A stretch of 64,000 nt of DNA from Rubripirellula sp. (GTDB taxonomy: Bacteria > Planctomycetota > Planctomycetia > Pirellulales > Pirellulaceae), in NCBI GenBank assembly GCA_965216875.1, contig OZ244207.1:352001-416000 (forward strand), in the 5' to 3' direction. A program made the position numbers and the translations under genes. The notes beneath the pieces are model-generated. The model had not been told where the DNA came from. It did no database searches and was given only the letters and a program-made list of their open reading frames with translations. This document shows, piece by piece, positions 50,261 to 63,100 of this stretch (the stretch's first letter is position 1; each line of letters starts with the position of its first letter).

Positions 50261-50482
50261 ATGCGTTTCGCGCTCGTTATGACCGTCGTCATCGTCGCCC
50301 TCGGTTCCGCCGGGAGGTTGATGTACGAGGGAGTGTTTGTGGGGCGGTTGGCACCGAAAGAAGCTCGCTCGGGATGCTGTTCGGGACGCTTCCGCTCGAC
50401 GGCCGAAAGCTGCGAGAGCAAAGAAACGCGATCCGACGCGGGGAAACCGAGCGAAGTCATCAATAACCCCTTCGCACAATAG
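50261..50482 (+). CDS. Possible small exported or membrane protein
   Basis: MRFALVMTVVIVALGSAG hydrophobic N-terminus, 73 aa, co-oriented with the acyltransferase. Confidence 0.4.
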   Translation: MRFALVMTVVIVALGSAGRLMYEGVFVGRLAPKEARSGCCSGRFRSTAESCESKETRSDAGKPSEVINNPFAQ

Positions 50483-50544
50483 ACATCCAAGCTGTTCGGG
50501 CGAGCCCAAAGTCTGGTCAAGCTCCGAATCCATCAAACGACCCA

Positions 50545-51648
50545 TTGATGACTCAAAGCGAATCGCAATCCGAAAGCACGGTGCTCACGCCGCATCGCCG
50601 CATCCTCGAGCTGGACGCGTTGCGCGCACTGGCAGCGATCAACCTGGTGTTGTTCCACTTCACTCATGTCTATTCGGTGAAGTTCGGGTACTCCAGTCCG
50701 CTTGGGTTTGAATGGCCGTACGGGGCCTATGGCGTTGAGATGTTTTTCATCTTGAGTGGTTTCGTGAACAGCATGTCGCTGTTGCGGCGTGGCAAGCCCG
50801 TCGACTTCGTTGCCGCTCGCATGATACGGATCATTCCCGTGTTCATGATGGTGATCATTGCGAACGTGTGGATTTTGCAGCTGGCTCCGATGGGCGAGCA
50901 TGTTTCGACAGCCCAATTCCTTGCCAACATGACCTTGTTGCCAAAGGTGCTTGGGTACGAATGCCTCGACCCGGTGATGTGGACGTTGCAGGTCGAGATG
51001 ATGTTTTACTTGACACTCGTGACCCTGTTCAAAATCGGTGCGTTGCGGCGTTACTTCCTCGGTTGGGGAACCTTGTTGGCATTGTCCTACATCGTTTGTC
51101 CCACTCTCGATTCGCTTGCGTCCACCTATCAGCACGCGGGATGGTTCTCGGCGGCATCGTCACTGCGTCGCCTGATGCTGCTCGATTTCGTGCCGCTGTT
51201 TACGATCGGTTTCTTGCTTTACATGATCAAAACCGACACCGGCAAACGCTGGCAAAACATTGCCGGCATCCTTGTCGCAGCGTTTGTGTTCCACAGCATC
51301 GATCACGGCAAACATAATCCGCTGGCGACGGCGTTAATCATCGGTTTGGTGACGTTGAGCGCGTATGGAAAGTTGCCAGTCTTGCGGTTGAAACCGCTCG
51401 TTTTTATCAGCACGATCTCGTACCCGATCTATCTGTGCCACAACAATCTGGGTTGCGCATTGATCCATCGTTTTGACCTGATGGGCGTGCCGCCGAGACT
51501 CTGTTTCGTGATCGCCGTCGTCTTCTCGATTGCCTTGGCGATCGTGGTGACCAATCGCATCGAACAACCGATCACCGCGGTACTGAGAAACCTGTGGAGT
51601 CGATGGCGTACGGCAGAGCCAACACCGGCGACGCCCTCGACGAACTGA
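50545..51648 (+). CDS. Acyltransferase-3 (OafA-like) membrane O-acyltransferase
   Basis: RILELDALRALA, GVEMFFILSGF, WTLQVEMMFY, ISYPIYLCH. Confidence 0.92.
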   Translation: MMTQSESQSESTVLTPHRRILELDALRALAAINLVLFHFTHVYSVKFGYSSPLGFEWPYGAYGVEMFFILSGFVNSMSLLRRGKPVDFVAARMIRIIPVFMMVIIANVWILQLAPMGEHVSTAQFLANMTLLPKVLGYECLDPVMWTLQVEMMFYLTLVTLFKIGALRRYFLGWGTLLALSYIVCPTLDSLASTYQHAGWFSAASSLRRLMLLDFVPLFTIGFLLYMIKTDTGKRWQNIAGILVAAFVFHSIDHGKHNPLATALIIGLVTLSAYGKLPVLRLKPLVFISTISYPIYLCHNNLGCALIHRFDLMGVPPRLCFVIAVVFSIALAIVVTNRIEQPITAVLRNLWSRWRTAEPTPATPSTN

Positions 51649-51659
51649 TCGATACCCAC

Positions 51660-51739
51660 GTAGGCCGGATTGATGCCGCGTAGTCGGGATCAAGGAACGC
51701 GTAGGCCGGATCAAGGAGCGACAGCGACGCAGATCCGGC
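51660..51739 (+). repeat. GTAG REP elements
   Basis: GTAGGCCGGATCAAGGAGCGACAGCGACGCAGATCCGGC at 51701-51739 plus partial copies from 51660. Confidence 0.85.
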
Positions 51740-52129
51740 GTGATCCTATGCACCTGTTCCGAACACGTTCGTGGCAAGCGATAGGCGGCGAGCGTTGGAT
51801 CGCTTCATGACCCGTCGCTCTCGCGTTCGGCTCAAAAAACAAAGGCCACCCCGCCAATGACGGTTGGCCTAGGATTGGCGTGGCGAGTCGCGTGCTGTCT
51901 CTTTCGCCCCGAAAATCACGGGCAAGCTTGGACGTAAATGGTCTTCAAAAGGTCATGTGACGGACTCGAAACGTTTTTGCCAAAAATGTCAAGAATGGCC
52001 ATTGGCACAACTTGACGGGGATCGTTACCGCTAGAATGGAGGGCCGGTTGGCGCGGGTGTTTGCGCCGACAGTGTTCGTTGTTGGTCGCAAACAATACAA
52101 AAACCGACCAACTAATTTTGGAGATCGAT

Positions 52130-52447
52130 GTGGGTAAGAATTTGTATTGTGGTAACTTGCCATATAACGTGCGCAGTGCTGAGCTCGAACAAATGTTCGC
52201 AGAGCACGGTGAAGTGGTAAGTGCTCAGGTCATCGAAGACCGGGAGACTGGCCGCAGCAAAGGATTTGGGTTTGTAGAGATGGGATCCGAAGAGGCAGCT
52301 TCGGCAGCAATTGAGACGCTCGATGGCGCCGATCATGGTGGGCGTCCACTGCGAGTCAATGAAGCCAAGCCACGCGAACCACGTGGTGGTGGCGGTGGCG
52401 GACGTCACGGCGGTGGTGGCCATGGTGGTGGCGGACGCCGCTACTAA
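52130..52447 (+). CDS. RRM RNA-binding protein with Gly-rich tail
   Basis: RNP2 LYCGNL, RNP1 KGFGFVEM; GGAG SD before GTG 52130. Confidence 0.93.
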   Translation: MGKNLYCGNLPYNVRSAELEQMFAEHGEVVSAQVIEDRETGRSKGFGFVEMGSEEAASAAIETLDGADHGGRPLRVNEAKPREPRGGGGGGRHGGGGHGGGGRRY

Positions 52448-52602
52448 GACAGCAACCTCTTTTTGATGAGCGTTCGGTGTCAAACGGATTTCACGCCGAA
52501 CGGCTAGCTTCTTCGGGATGTTGACCGCCACCGTGGCATTGGGCTCGACCAGTTCGGCCCAATCCCAGGCGCCATATTTGAAGTGGACCGCACCCGACGC
52601 CG

Positions 52603-53814
52603 CTAGCCAATGAGCTCTCTCAGATTCGCGACGGTGTGATTCGTGTCGCTATCGGTCCGCATTCGCAGGGCCACCTCTCTCTGCCGCTGCGTCAACAGAA
52701 TCGGTTGGCCCTGCTCGGGCAAACACGCGACGAGTTCTTGCTCGATCGCCAGCATCAGTTCCTTGATTCCGTCGCCGTGAAGTGCTGCGGTTTGATAGAT
52801 GTGATCAGACCGATGACGTGAAAGTTCGTCGGGTTCTCGATGGGAATCATCCAGCAAGTCGCACTTGTTCAGCACCCGCAGGCAAGGCTTGTTGTGCCAG
52901 TCCGGGAGGGATGTTGGCGAAGTTTCTTGCCCGCTCGAAATGGCTGGTTCGGTGACGAGAATCACGAGGTCAGCATCGGAGATCGCAATGGTGGCTCGTT
53001 TGATTCCCGCCTGCTCGATCGTGTCGGGGGATTCGCGGAAACCCGCAGTGTCACTGAGGCACATTGGGATGCCGCCAATCACCGCCTCGGCATGAAGCAC
53101 GTCTCGGGTTGTACCGGCCTCATCAAAGATGATGCTCCGTTGGTAGCCCAGGATGGCGTTGGACAAACTGCTTTTGCCAACGTTGGGTGGTCCGCAAATC
53201 ACAACTCGAAACGGATCGGTCAGTCGAAGCGTGAATTCAGCAAGCTCGAGCATGACGTCGAGCTGACGATGGAATTCGCCGACCAATCTGCCGCGTGCGG
53301 GTTCGTTCGAGGTGAGTTGTTGTTGCCAATGCGATGCCCAATTGACCAGCGTTCCGCGCGTCTGCTCAAGCACGATTGCGGCAATGCGTTTGGTGCGGCA
53401 CTGGTTGAGGACGCCTTTCGCTTCGACCACACATCGAGGTGTGTCTGGCCCGTTGGCAAGCGTTTCTGCCGGCACTTCGGTTGCTCCAAAACCCCGCAAA
53501 TCATTGAGGATTCGTGTAATTGCGGCTTGCCCGCCGTGACAATGGATTTCGATCGAATCGTCAGCCATGGGGCTGACAACGACCGACTCGGCATGCTCTT
53601 CCTCGCCGCCACCATGCCAGTCGCCATAGCGGATTTGCGTTGGTGCGTAGTCGCGCTGAGTGACCGGATCAAAGCATCGGTTGATCAACGCTTGGGCATC
53701 ACCACCGCGTAGCGCGATCACCGCCACTGCGCTGCGACCGGGACCGGTAAGCCTTGCACAACGCGCATCGACAAAATCGGTTTTGATTGAATCTGTGTTT
53801 TTGGGTAAAGACAT
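52603..53814 (-). CDS. MnmE/TrmE-like GTPase, shortened
   Basis: GRSAVAVI, EIHCHGG, GPPNVGKSS, GTTRD, DTAG, NKCD; no C-terminal FCxGK. Start set at ATG 53814. Confidence 0.85.
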   Translation of the reverse strand: MSLPKNTDSIKTDFVDARCARLTGPGRSAVAVIALRGGDAQALINRCFDPVTQRDYAPTQIRYGDWHGGGEEEHAESVVVSPMADDSIEIHCHGGQAAITRILNDLRGFGATEVPAETLANGPDTPRCVVEAKGVLNQCRTKRIAAIVLEQTRGTLVNWASHWQQQLTSNEPARGRLVGEFHRQLDVMLELAEFTLRLTDPFRVVICGPPNVGKSSLSNAILGYQRSIIFDEAGTTRDVLHAEAVIGGIPMCLSDTAGFRESPDTIEQAGIKRATIAISDADLVILVTEPAISSGQETSPTSLPDWHNKPCLRVLNKCDLLDDSHREPDELSRHRSDHIYQTAALHGDGIKELMLAIEQELVACLPEQGQPILLTQRQREVALRMRTDSDTNHTVANLRELIG

Positions 53815-53879
53815 ACTTGCGCGATTGATTAAATTGACGCAGCACTGCGTTTGCTCACTAGGGATCTGCATCACGTGTT

Positions 53880-54902
53880 ATGGCCAAATCGACGCCAAAT
53901 CTTGCAAAGATGAGCGACGAGCAATTGCTCGACACTCGGATGTGTGATTTGAAGCTGAGCATCCGTGATACTCCACTTGAAAAAAGAGTGGAACAGCTCA
54001 ACGAAGAACTTGCCCATCGCAAGTTGAATTTTCGCCCGCATTGCTGGCTGAGCGATGACTGGTTCTCGCCAGATGGAATTCCGGGGATCGCGATTCCGTT
54101 TTACCTGGCTCACCCACGGTTGGCCCGGCTGGAGCGAAAGCAGCTGCTTGAGGTCGAGGGAGGCACCCAGGAGTGGTGCATGAAGATCCTTCGCCACGAG
54201 GCGGGGCATGCGATTGACACCGCATTTCGGCTCAGTCGCAAGGCAAGCTACCGAAAAATCTTTGGGAATTCTTCCCAACCTTACCCAGAGTCCTACCAGC
54301 CCACTCCATCGAGCCGTGATTACGTGCTACACCTGGAGATGTGGTACGCCCAGGCGCATCCGCTTGAGGATTTTGCCGAGACCTTTGCCGTCTGGCTCAA
54401 GCCTGGATCGAGGTGGCGTACCCGATATCGCGACTGGCCCGCGATCAAAAAGCTGGAATGGGTGGACGACTTCATGAAATCGATCAACGGCAAGAAGCCT
54501 GTGGTGTGCAGTCGACGAACGACGGATCCGCTCTCGAGGATTCGCCGGACGCTGCGGACCCATTATCGCCGCAAGCGCGAGCACTACGGTGTCGATTATC
54601 CGAGCGTTTACGACAAGGATTTGCGGAGGCTCTTTTCGTCCGACCCGGCTCATCGCCGCAAGATCACAGCGGCCGCATTTCTGACCCAGATTCGGGCGGA
54701 GCTTCGTCGTACGGTCGCCAAGTGGACCGGCGAGTATTCTTACACGATTGACCAAGTCGTCCAGGAAATGATTCAGCGATGTCGTGAGCTGAATTTGCGG
54801 TTGGGCAGCCCGGTCGACGAAGCGAAACGTGATGCGATGATTCTGGTCGCGGTGCGAACGACCAACTTCCTGCATGAAGGACGTCATCGTGTTGTCGTCT
54901 AA
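53880..54902 (+). CDS. Putative zinc-binding metallopeptidase
   Basis: LRHEAGHA (HExxH) and YAQAHPLEDFAETFA. Confidence 0.85.
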   Translation: MAKSTPNLAKMSDEQLLDTRMCDLKLSIRDTPLEKRVEQLNEELAHRKLNFRPHCWLSDDWFSPDGIPGIAIPFYLAHPRLARLERKQLLEVEGGTQEWCMKILRHEAGHAIDTAFRLSRKASYRKIFGNSSQPYPESYQPTPSSRDYVLHLEMWYAQAHPLEDFAETFAVWLKPGSRWRTRYRDWPAIKKLEWVDDFMKSINGKKPVVCSRRTTDPLSRIRRTLRTHYRRKREHYGVDYPSVYDKDLRRLFSSDPAHRRKITAAAFLTQIRAELRRTVAKWTGEYSYTIDQVVQEMIQRCRELNLRLGSPVDEAKRDAMILVAVRTTNFLHEGRHRVVV

Positions 54903-54962
54903 TGCCCCATCCGACGCAGCGAAAAGGCTCGTTGGTCCTCGACGTGAATCACAGGCGGTGGC

Positions 54963-55991
54963 GTGAGCAAACTCAAAGTACTCGTGCTGGTCCGTGAAGG
55001 GCATGTCCCACCGCTCACGCTCGAAGGGGTCGCCAAGAAAGATCTCGATGCTTGGAAGGCCGAGTTCGATGTTTGCGAGACGCTGCGTCGTCTCGGACAC
55101 GAAGTGCTGCCGCTGGGCGTCTACGACGACCTCGCGCCGATTCGAAAGGCACTGTTCGAGTTCGAGCCCAATATCACCTTCATGATGCTGGAAGAATTTC
55201 ACGGCGTTGTGACGTACGACTTTGCCGTCATCAGCTATTTGGAATTGATGCAGCAGCCCTACACGGGATGCAACCCACGCGGTCTGTTGCTGAGCAAGGA
55301 CAAGGCGCTTTCAAAGAAGGTGTTGACTTATCACCGCATCCCGACGCCTCGGTTTGCCGTCTTTCCCCTCGGCAAAAAGGTCCACCGTCCGAAGAAGTTG
55401 GCCTTTCCACTGTTCGTCAAGTCGGTGGTCGAAGACGCTTCCTTCGGTATCTCGCAAGCTTCGATCGTGCACACCGACGAAGCGCTCGCCGAACGTGTTC
55501 AGTTCGTGCATGAAAAGACGGGCGATGACGCGATCGCAGAACAATACATCGAAGGACGCGAGCTTTACGTTGGCGTGATCGGCAACACGCGTTTGCAAAC
55601 GTTTCCCGCCTGGGAAATGGACTTCGGGAACTTTCCCGATGATGTGGCGCGGATCGCGACCAGTCGCGTGAAGTGGGATCACAAGTATCAGGAAAAGTAC
55701 GGGATCACAACGAGCGCCGCCAAAGGGCTCGACGAATCGACCGAAGCGAAGTTGTCCAAGATTTGTAAACGTGTCTATCGCGCGTTGAACATGAGTGGTT
55801 ACGGACGCATGGACCTGCGGTTGACCGACAGTGGCGACATCTACGTGATTGAAGCGAACGCCAACCCGAATATCGAATTTGGCGAAGACTTTGCCGAGTC
55901 AGCCGAGGTGGTCGGTGTTTCCTACGAAGCGCTCATGCAACGCATTCTAAATCTCGGCCTGCGCTACAAAGCCGCTTGGATGACGGTTTGA
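54963..55991 (+). CDS. D-Ala-D-Ala ligase-like ATP-grasp enzyme
   Basis: PYTG, DKALSK, FPLFVK, EQYIEGRE, GYGRMDLR, IEANANP. Confidence 0.88.
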   Translation: MSKLKVLVLVREGHVPPLTLEGVAKKDLDAWKAEFDVCETLRRLGHEVLPLGVYDDLAPIRKALFEFEPNITFMMLEEFHGVVTYDFAVISYLELMQQPYTGCNPRGLLLSKDKALSKKVLTYHRIPTPRFAVFPLGKKVHRPKKLAFPLFVKSVVEDASFGISQASIVHTDEALAERVQFVHEKTGDDAIAEQYIEGRELYVGVIGNTRLQTFPAWEMDFGNFPDDVARIATSRVKWDHKYQEKYGITTSAAKGLDESTEAKLSKICKRVYRALNMSGYGRMDLRLTDSGDIYVIEANANPNIEFGEDFAESAEVVGVSYEALMQRILNLGLRYKAAWMTV

Positions 55992-56016
55992 GGCGATGAC
56001 GGTTTGAGGAGATCTC

Positions 56017-56168
56017 GTAGGCCGGATCAAGGAGCGACAGCGACGCAGATCCGGCATCGTTCATCGTCCCGCTACTAGGCGGCAAGAGCCGAAGATTCCG
56101 GCTAAAGCTCGGTACTACGAACTGCTAAGAACTGAAGACTCCGGCTAAAGCTCGGTACTACGAACTGG
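56017..56168. repeat. REP cluster of two families
   Basis: 39-bp element at 56017-56055; two 33-bp copies at 56091 and 56134, inverted relative to 3984-4016. Confidence 0.88.
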
Positions 56169-56328
56169 TTACTCGTAGAACATCACAACCACTACAACCG
56201 GAACAGTCTGCGCGACCCTGACTCCAGTGGCTTTCGCGATCGTGGAACTGGCGGCGGCCACCGCAGTGCCCTCCGCCGCGACCTAGCTTTAGGTGTCTCA
56301 AACCGTAACCACGTGATGGCATTTTCCG

Positions 56329-56790
56329 ATGAAGGCACTCTTTCCATATTCGCTAGTCGCTCTTTTGGCGGCTCTCGTTTCAGGATGTAGCGCCGATCCG
56401 GAAGCGTTGCAGTCTTTGCAAGACGCCGTCAATCAAGTCAACCTTGCCGCGGCCAATGACGTATTGGTCCCGCAAGTGCGATCAGATGAAGTGGAATACA
56501 CGCCTCCCTTCCCAGATCGGATTGATCCCTTCACTTTCCCTGCGGGGGCGGCAGCCGTCACGCAGCAGACGGGAACCAGCATCACGTCGGCCGCGCAGAT
56601 CACCGTGCTTGGATTTGCCGAAGTGGACCAACCACGCGTCTTCTTGCGCACACGTGAAACCACGCGTTCTCTCGTCGTTGGCGACACTATGGATGGCGTG
56701 GAGGTGATCGCAATCAATCCGCCCACCGTCGATTTGCGGATGGGATCGCTTCAGTGGCGGGCATCGATGTTCGAGACCAACTCGCAGTGA
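56329..56790 (+). CDS. Lipoprotein, PilP/GspC-like
   Basis: VSGC lipobox; Y...RIDPF linker, then VLG...VGD..DGVEVIAI beta domain. Confidence 0.65.
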   Translation: MKALFPYSLVALLAALVSGCSADPEALQSLQDAVNQVNLAAANDVLVPQVRSDEVEYTPPFPDRIDPFTFPAGAAAVTQQTGTSITSAAQITVLGFAEVDQPRVFLRTRETTRSLVVGDTMDGVEVIAINPPTVDLRMGSLQWRASMFETNSQ

Positions 56791-57071
56791 TCATCAGGAT
56801 CCGTTGTGATCATCACGATCGTTGCCGGTTGTCTTTCTCGCCGATGGCCCAGTTTGCCTGGCGAGTGAATTTTCATTGAGACTGGTGTCCAGGCAATTGA
56901 GTCTTGTCGTAATTCAACGATGAGACCCGAGAGTTTTGTTCGAAAACGGCTTGGATCGTCCAATTCTTAGACCGTCTCTGCTATCCTCTTGCACGACGCC
57001 GCTGCGCCCTTGTCACGCGTGAATACCGGCAGTTTCGAAGAGCGATCAAGAGAGAGTTTGAGCAAGAATCG

Positions 57072-58178
57072 ATGAGTGAGTCGGTGTGTCGATGGGGGTT
57101 CCTGAGCACGGCGGGGATTGCCCGAAAGAACTGGAAAGGCGTTCGCCTCAGTGGCAACGGTCGCGTTTCGGCGGTGGCGAGCCGAAGTGTGGAAAAGGCC
57201 CAGCGTTTCATTGATGAATGTTCGGCCGAAGTCCCACAAAGCCAACCGGTCGAAGCCGTTGGCTCGTATGCCGAGTTGTTGCAACGCGACGATGTCGATG
57301 CGGTGTACATTCCCTTGCCGACTGGAATGCGGAAGGAGTGGGTGATTGCAGCTGCCGAAGCAGGCAAGCACGTGTTGTGTGAAAAGCCAGTGGCGATCAA
57401 CGCAGATGACGCGGCAGAGATGATCGAAGCTTGCGACAACGCAGGCGTTCAGTTCATGGATGGCGTGATGTTTGATCATAGCGCGCGAATCCAAGAGGTT
57501 GTCGACCGCGTTCATTCGGGTGAAGCGGTTGGTCGCATGCGGCGGATTGCCAGTCACTTTTCGTTTGCGGGTGACCCGGCGTTTGTGCAGTCGAACATTC
57601 GCACCAACAGCACGCTCGAACCCCATGGCTGCCTGGGCGACCTCGGTTGGTACAACATTCGGTTCACACTTTGGTTGACCCGATTCACGATGCCGACCAC
57701 GGTCACCGCTCGCATGTTGTCGTCACTCGGTGGTGACGCTTCGGGCGGCCAAGTCCCTGGCGAGATGGTGGCGGAACTGCAGTTTCCCGACGGCGTCTCG
57801 GCATCGTTCTATTGTTCGTTCTTGACGATCAATCAGCAGACGGCACACGTGTCGGGCGATCAGGGCTACATCAGCCTCGATGACTTTGTGCTGCCGCTTG
57901 TCGATTCCGAAGTGGCTTGGAAGGAGCATGCTCATGTGCTGGAGATCGACAATTGTCGTTGGAACTTTGGCCGTCGTTCCCAACGACACGCCATCGCTGA
58001 ATACCACGCTGGTGAATCGAATTCCCAAGAAACGGTGATGTTGCGGCGATTGGCCGACATCGCGCTGAGCGGAACGGTTGACCCTCAATACAGTTCCCGC
58101 GCCCTGCAAACGCAAACGATCCTCGACGCGTGTCGCCAAAGTGCGATTGCTGGTGGCAAAGTCATTGAGTTGACCTAG
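57072..58178 (+). CDS. Gfo/Idh/MocA family oxidoreductase
   Basis: WGFLSTAGIA, DAVYIPLP, GKHVLCEKP, GCLGDLGWY. Confidence 0.93.
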   Translation: MSESVCRWGFLSTAGIARKNWKGVRLSGNGRVSAVASRSVEKAQRFIDECSAEVPQSQPVEAVGSYAELLQRDDVDAVYIPLPTGMRKEWVIAAAEAGKHVLCEKPVAINADDAAEMIEACDNAGVQFMDGVMFDHSARIQEVVDRVHSGEAVGRMRRIASHFSFAGDPAFVQSNIRTNSTLEPHGCLGDLGWYNIRFTLWLTRFTMPTTVTARMLSSLGGDASGGQVPGEMVAELQFPDGVSASFYCSFLTINQQTAHVSGDQGYISLDDFVLPLVDSEVAWKEHAHVLEIDNCRWNFGRRSQRHAIAEYHAGESNSQETVMLRRLADIALSGTVDPQYSSRALQTQTILDACRQSAIAGGKVIELT

Positions 58179-58237
58179 CAGGCCGCCGAATCCCGCCCCG
58201 CATTTCCATCTCGCTCCTCCCTCCCTTCACCACAGCA

Positions 58238-59866
<1,629 letters not shown>

Positions 59867-60142
59867 TTGATGAAATTCCGATGAATCTGACTCCCGGTAT
59901 GTGGAGTACGTCGAGAGCTTCGACTTGATTGAAGATTGGATTTGATGGGGGATGGGGCAAACGCTTGGTGTCGCTGTTGCTCCTCAATCATTTGGGCAAC
60001 AGACCGAACCAACGCTTTGGTTAGGCCCACATTGAAAGCGTTATCCAACGCTGTGAGCGCGCGTGCTTGAATCGTTCTCTGGTATCGGTCGATGGGACCA
60101 ATGCCACGAGCGCCCTGAACGATTCATGCTGGGCTCACGAAA

Positions 60143-63100
60143 TTGATGAGCCCCATGGTCGACGAAAGATTCAAAGAACCATCCTCCGACACTCGCGTGC
60201 GCGTCCAAGGCGACAAGGACACGGCGCATGGTGAGGGGTCGGCAAACGACATGAAACCGCCCTGGAACGAGGGCGATGTTTTGGGTGAGTTCGTGCTTGA
60301 GAAACAGCTTGGTCGAGGCACGAGCGGGTTCGTCTATCGTGCAATGGATCAGCGAGTTCAGCGTCGCTGTGCGTTGAAGCTGTTGATGCCGATGATCCTG
60401 CCCGAAGATTTGGTGCGCAACAAACTTGGCTTTCGTCGGATGATGTCGATTGAGCATCCGAGTTTGTTGAAGGTTCATCGGATCCACCAGCTCGACAAAA
60501 CGACAGCGATGTCGATGGAGGAGGTTCACGGTAAGACGCTCAACCATGCCGTGAAAGAACTCAAAAAGCTCGATGCTGCGGAAGCCTATTCGCGGCTGGT
60601 CCGGCTCACACGCGACTACGCCGCTGGATTGGCGGTCATGCATGTCAACGGCTATGTCCATCGTGACATCAAGCCCCAGAATCTAATGGTCGATTCTGAG
60701 GGTCACGGGCGGATCATTGATTACGGATTGGTGGGCACGTTTGATCCTGAGACCGATCCGAATGGTTATCGGCACTACCTTGCCGGGACGCCTCGCTATT
60801 TCTCGCCGGAAACGCTGTGGTACCAACACTACTTGCCAGCCGGCGACATCTTTTCGCTTGGTGTGGTGATGCTCGAAGCATTGCACACGATTAAATGGGA
60901 GCATGAAGAAGACGTCTTCAAGCGAAGCGAAAAGAGTAGCCGTGATGATGCTGAGAACCTGAGCGAAGCGATCGAAGGCCTCGACCAGTCCGTGCCGGAC
61001 GAGCTGCGCGAGATGTGCCTGGAAATGTTGCAACGTGAACCGGGTGAGCGTCCCACGGCAATGGAAGTTGCCCGCGTTGGGCTCACAACCACATTGAGGT
61101 TCGATTTTCCTCAGGAGACATCGCTTGTCGGTCGCCGACAGGAACGAACCACCGCTTTGAATTGGCTGGACGATATCTACGACGGTGGCGTCGGCCGTCT
61201 GCATATCACGGGGCGATCAGGAATCGGCAAAACACGCTTGGTCGACGAGATTGAGCGTTATGCACATTTGAAGCGCTGGGGCCAAGTCTTCCGCGTTCGC
61301 TGTCGATCTCGAGAAAATCAACCGCTGCAGGCTTTCGACCAGGTATGCGATGAGATCGCAAATCGATATCGGCGGGGTGATCGAGAACCGCTCGAACTTG
61401 ATACGGTCAGTGCAACGATCCTGCACAACATTTTTCCCGTGCTGAAAAATGTTCTGCAGTGCAGCATGAAGATGGTTCCTCCGGGGACATCGACCGAAAG
61501 GCTCGATGCGCTCGAAGCGGCGGCGCGTCTGAGCGTCCAGCTTCGCAAGGTTGGACCGGTTGTTGTGATTCTTGACGATGCCCAGTGGGCCGACCGAGAC
61601 AGTCTCAACGCGCTCGATCGACTGCAAACGGCTCAAGATGATCGTGGTTTGGGCATCATTACCGTATCGCGTGATGCCGAGGACCCGCAAAGGTTGCCTG
61701 CAAGTTGTCGCATTGATGTTACGCCGCTTTCGGAGAGTGATTCGAAAACCATTTTGAAAGCTGCAGCCGAGCGATGGGATGTTGGCCTGAGCGATAAGAT
61801 CATGGATCGTTTGATCGAAGTCGCCGAGGGTGTTCCGTTTCGCTTGCATGAACTGGCGGACGAGTTTCGGCCCGGGCGGGCGCTTGCCGACCTGAGCGAG
61901 CTTTCGACCATGGATGCTTCTGTCCAAAACGTCGGTCAAATCCAGTGGCTTTGGCAGCATCGTCGTGCTCGGTTGAGCGAAGAGGCGTATCAGGTCTTGC
62001 TTTATGTGGTGACGGCGGGCTGCAAGGTTTCGACGGAGCAGCTTGGAAGGTTGACGACCCTTGGTGACGCCGTCGATGCGGCGGTATCCGAATTGGCCCA
62101 GCAGCGTTTGGTGATTGATGATGCGACGGGCGGTGAGTGCATCCAAATCGTGCACGACCAAGTTGCCGACAGCTTGGTGGAAACGCTCACTGGCGAAGAG
62201 AAACGCAAAGCCCATCAGGCGTGGGCAGCGCTCTTGGTTCGCGAAGACCATCCCGAGCGGCTCGCCGCGCGGATTGCGGGCCACTTCATAGCCGCCGAAC
62301 AGCCGTGGCGCGCCGTTTCGTACGCCGTGCTGGCGGCCGAAGAGGCGGAACGATTGGTTGCGATGACCGAAGCGGCTCGCTGGCACGCGATGGTCGTTAA
62401 CCACGTCAAAGGCAAGGAAAAGATCACGCGGATCCGTCACGCAGCACGCTGTTTTCATCAGGCGGATCGACCTGTCGAGGCGGCTGAGTATTACCGGCAA
62501 CTGCTCGAGCACGTCGATGAGAACGAACGCGTCGAGTGTCGGCTCCTGATTGCGAGTTTGTCGATTCGGAGTGGACGCTTTGAGGATGCGCGGCAACAGG
62601 TTCAGCAATTGGCAAGAGTGATCGGTTTGCCACGTCGAAAGAGTTCGCTCGTGAGCAAGCTTTCGCTTGGTTACAAAACGCTGAGCGTCATGGTTCGCGA
62701 GCTGATCAGTCGCAACGAGTCGATCGAAGAAAAACTGAACAAGCCGCCGCGGAGCGAAGGTGAGCAAGCTCATCTCGCCCAGCAACAACTGCGAGTTTGC
62801 GTGACGCTCGCGCGGCCGATGTCGATGTTCGAAAACCTTCATTCGGCTGAGTTGAACATGATGGGCCTTTGGTTGGCCCAACGCGATGGGACGGCGGCGC
62901 AGCGTGTCCATGCGATTGTGGGGCGATCGGTTTTCGGTTGCTATGACCGCGGCAACAATCGAGTGAACAGCGAGACGGCGCTGTACGACATTCGCCCCTT
63001 CGTGAAAGAACTGGGCAACCCGCGGGCCAGCGGTGACATGTGGGCTGGCGTTGCCTACTCACATGCACTTTCACATCGTTGGCAACAAGTCCCAGAGACG

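Noticed and set aside
52012..52037. Sigma-70 promoter TTGACG...TAGAAT upstream of the RRM gene
   Set aside because: The spacer is only 14 bp; not supportable without TSS data
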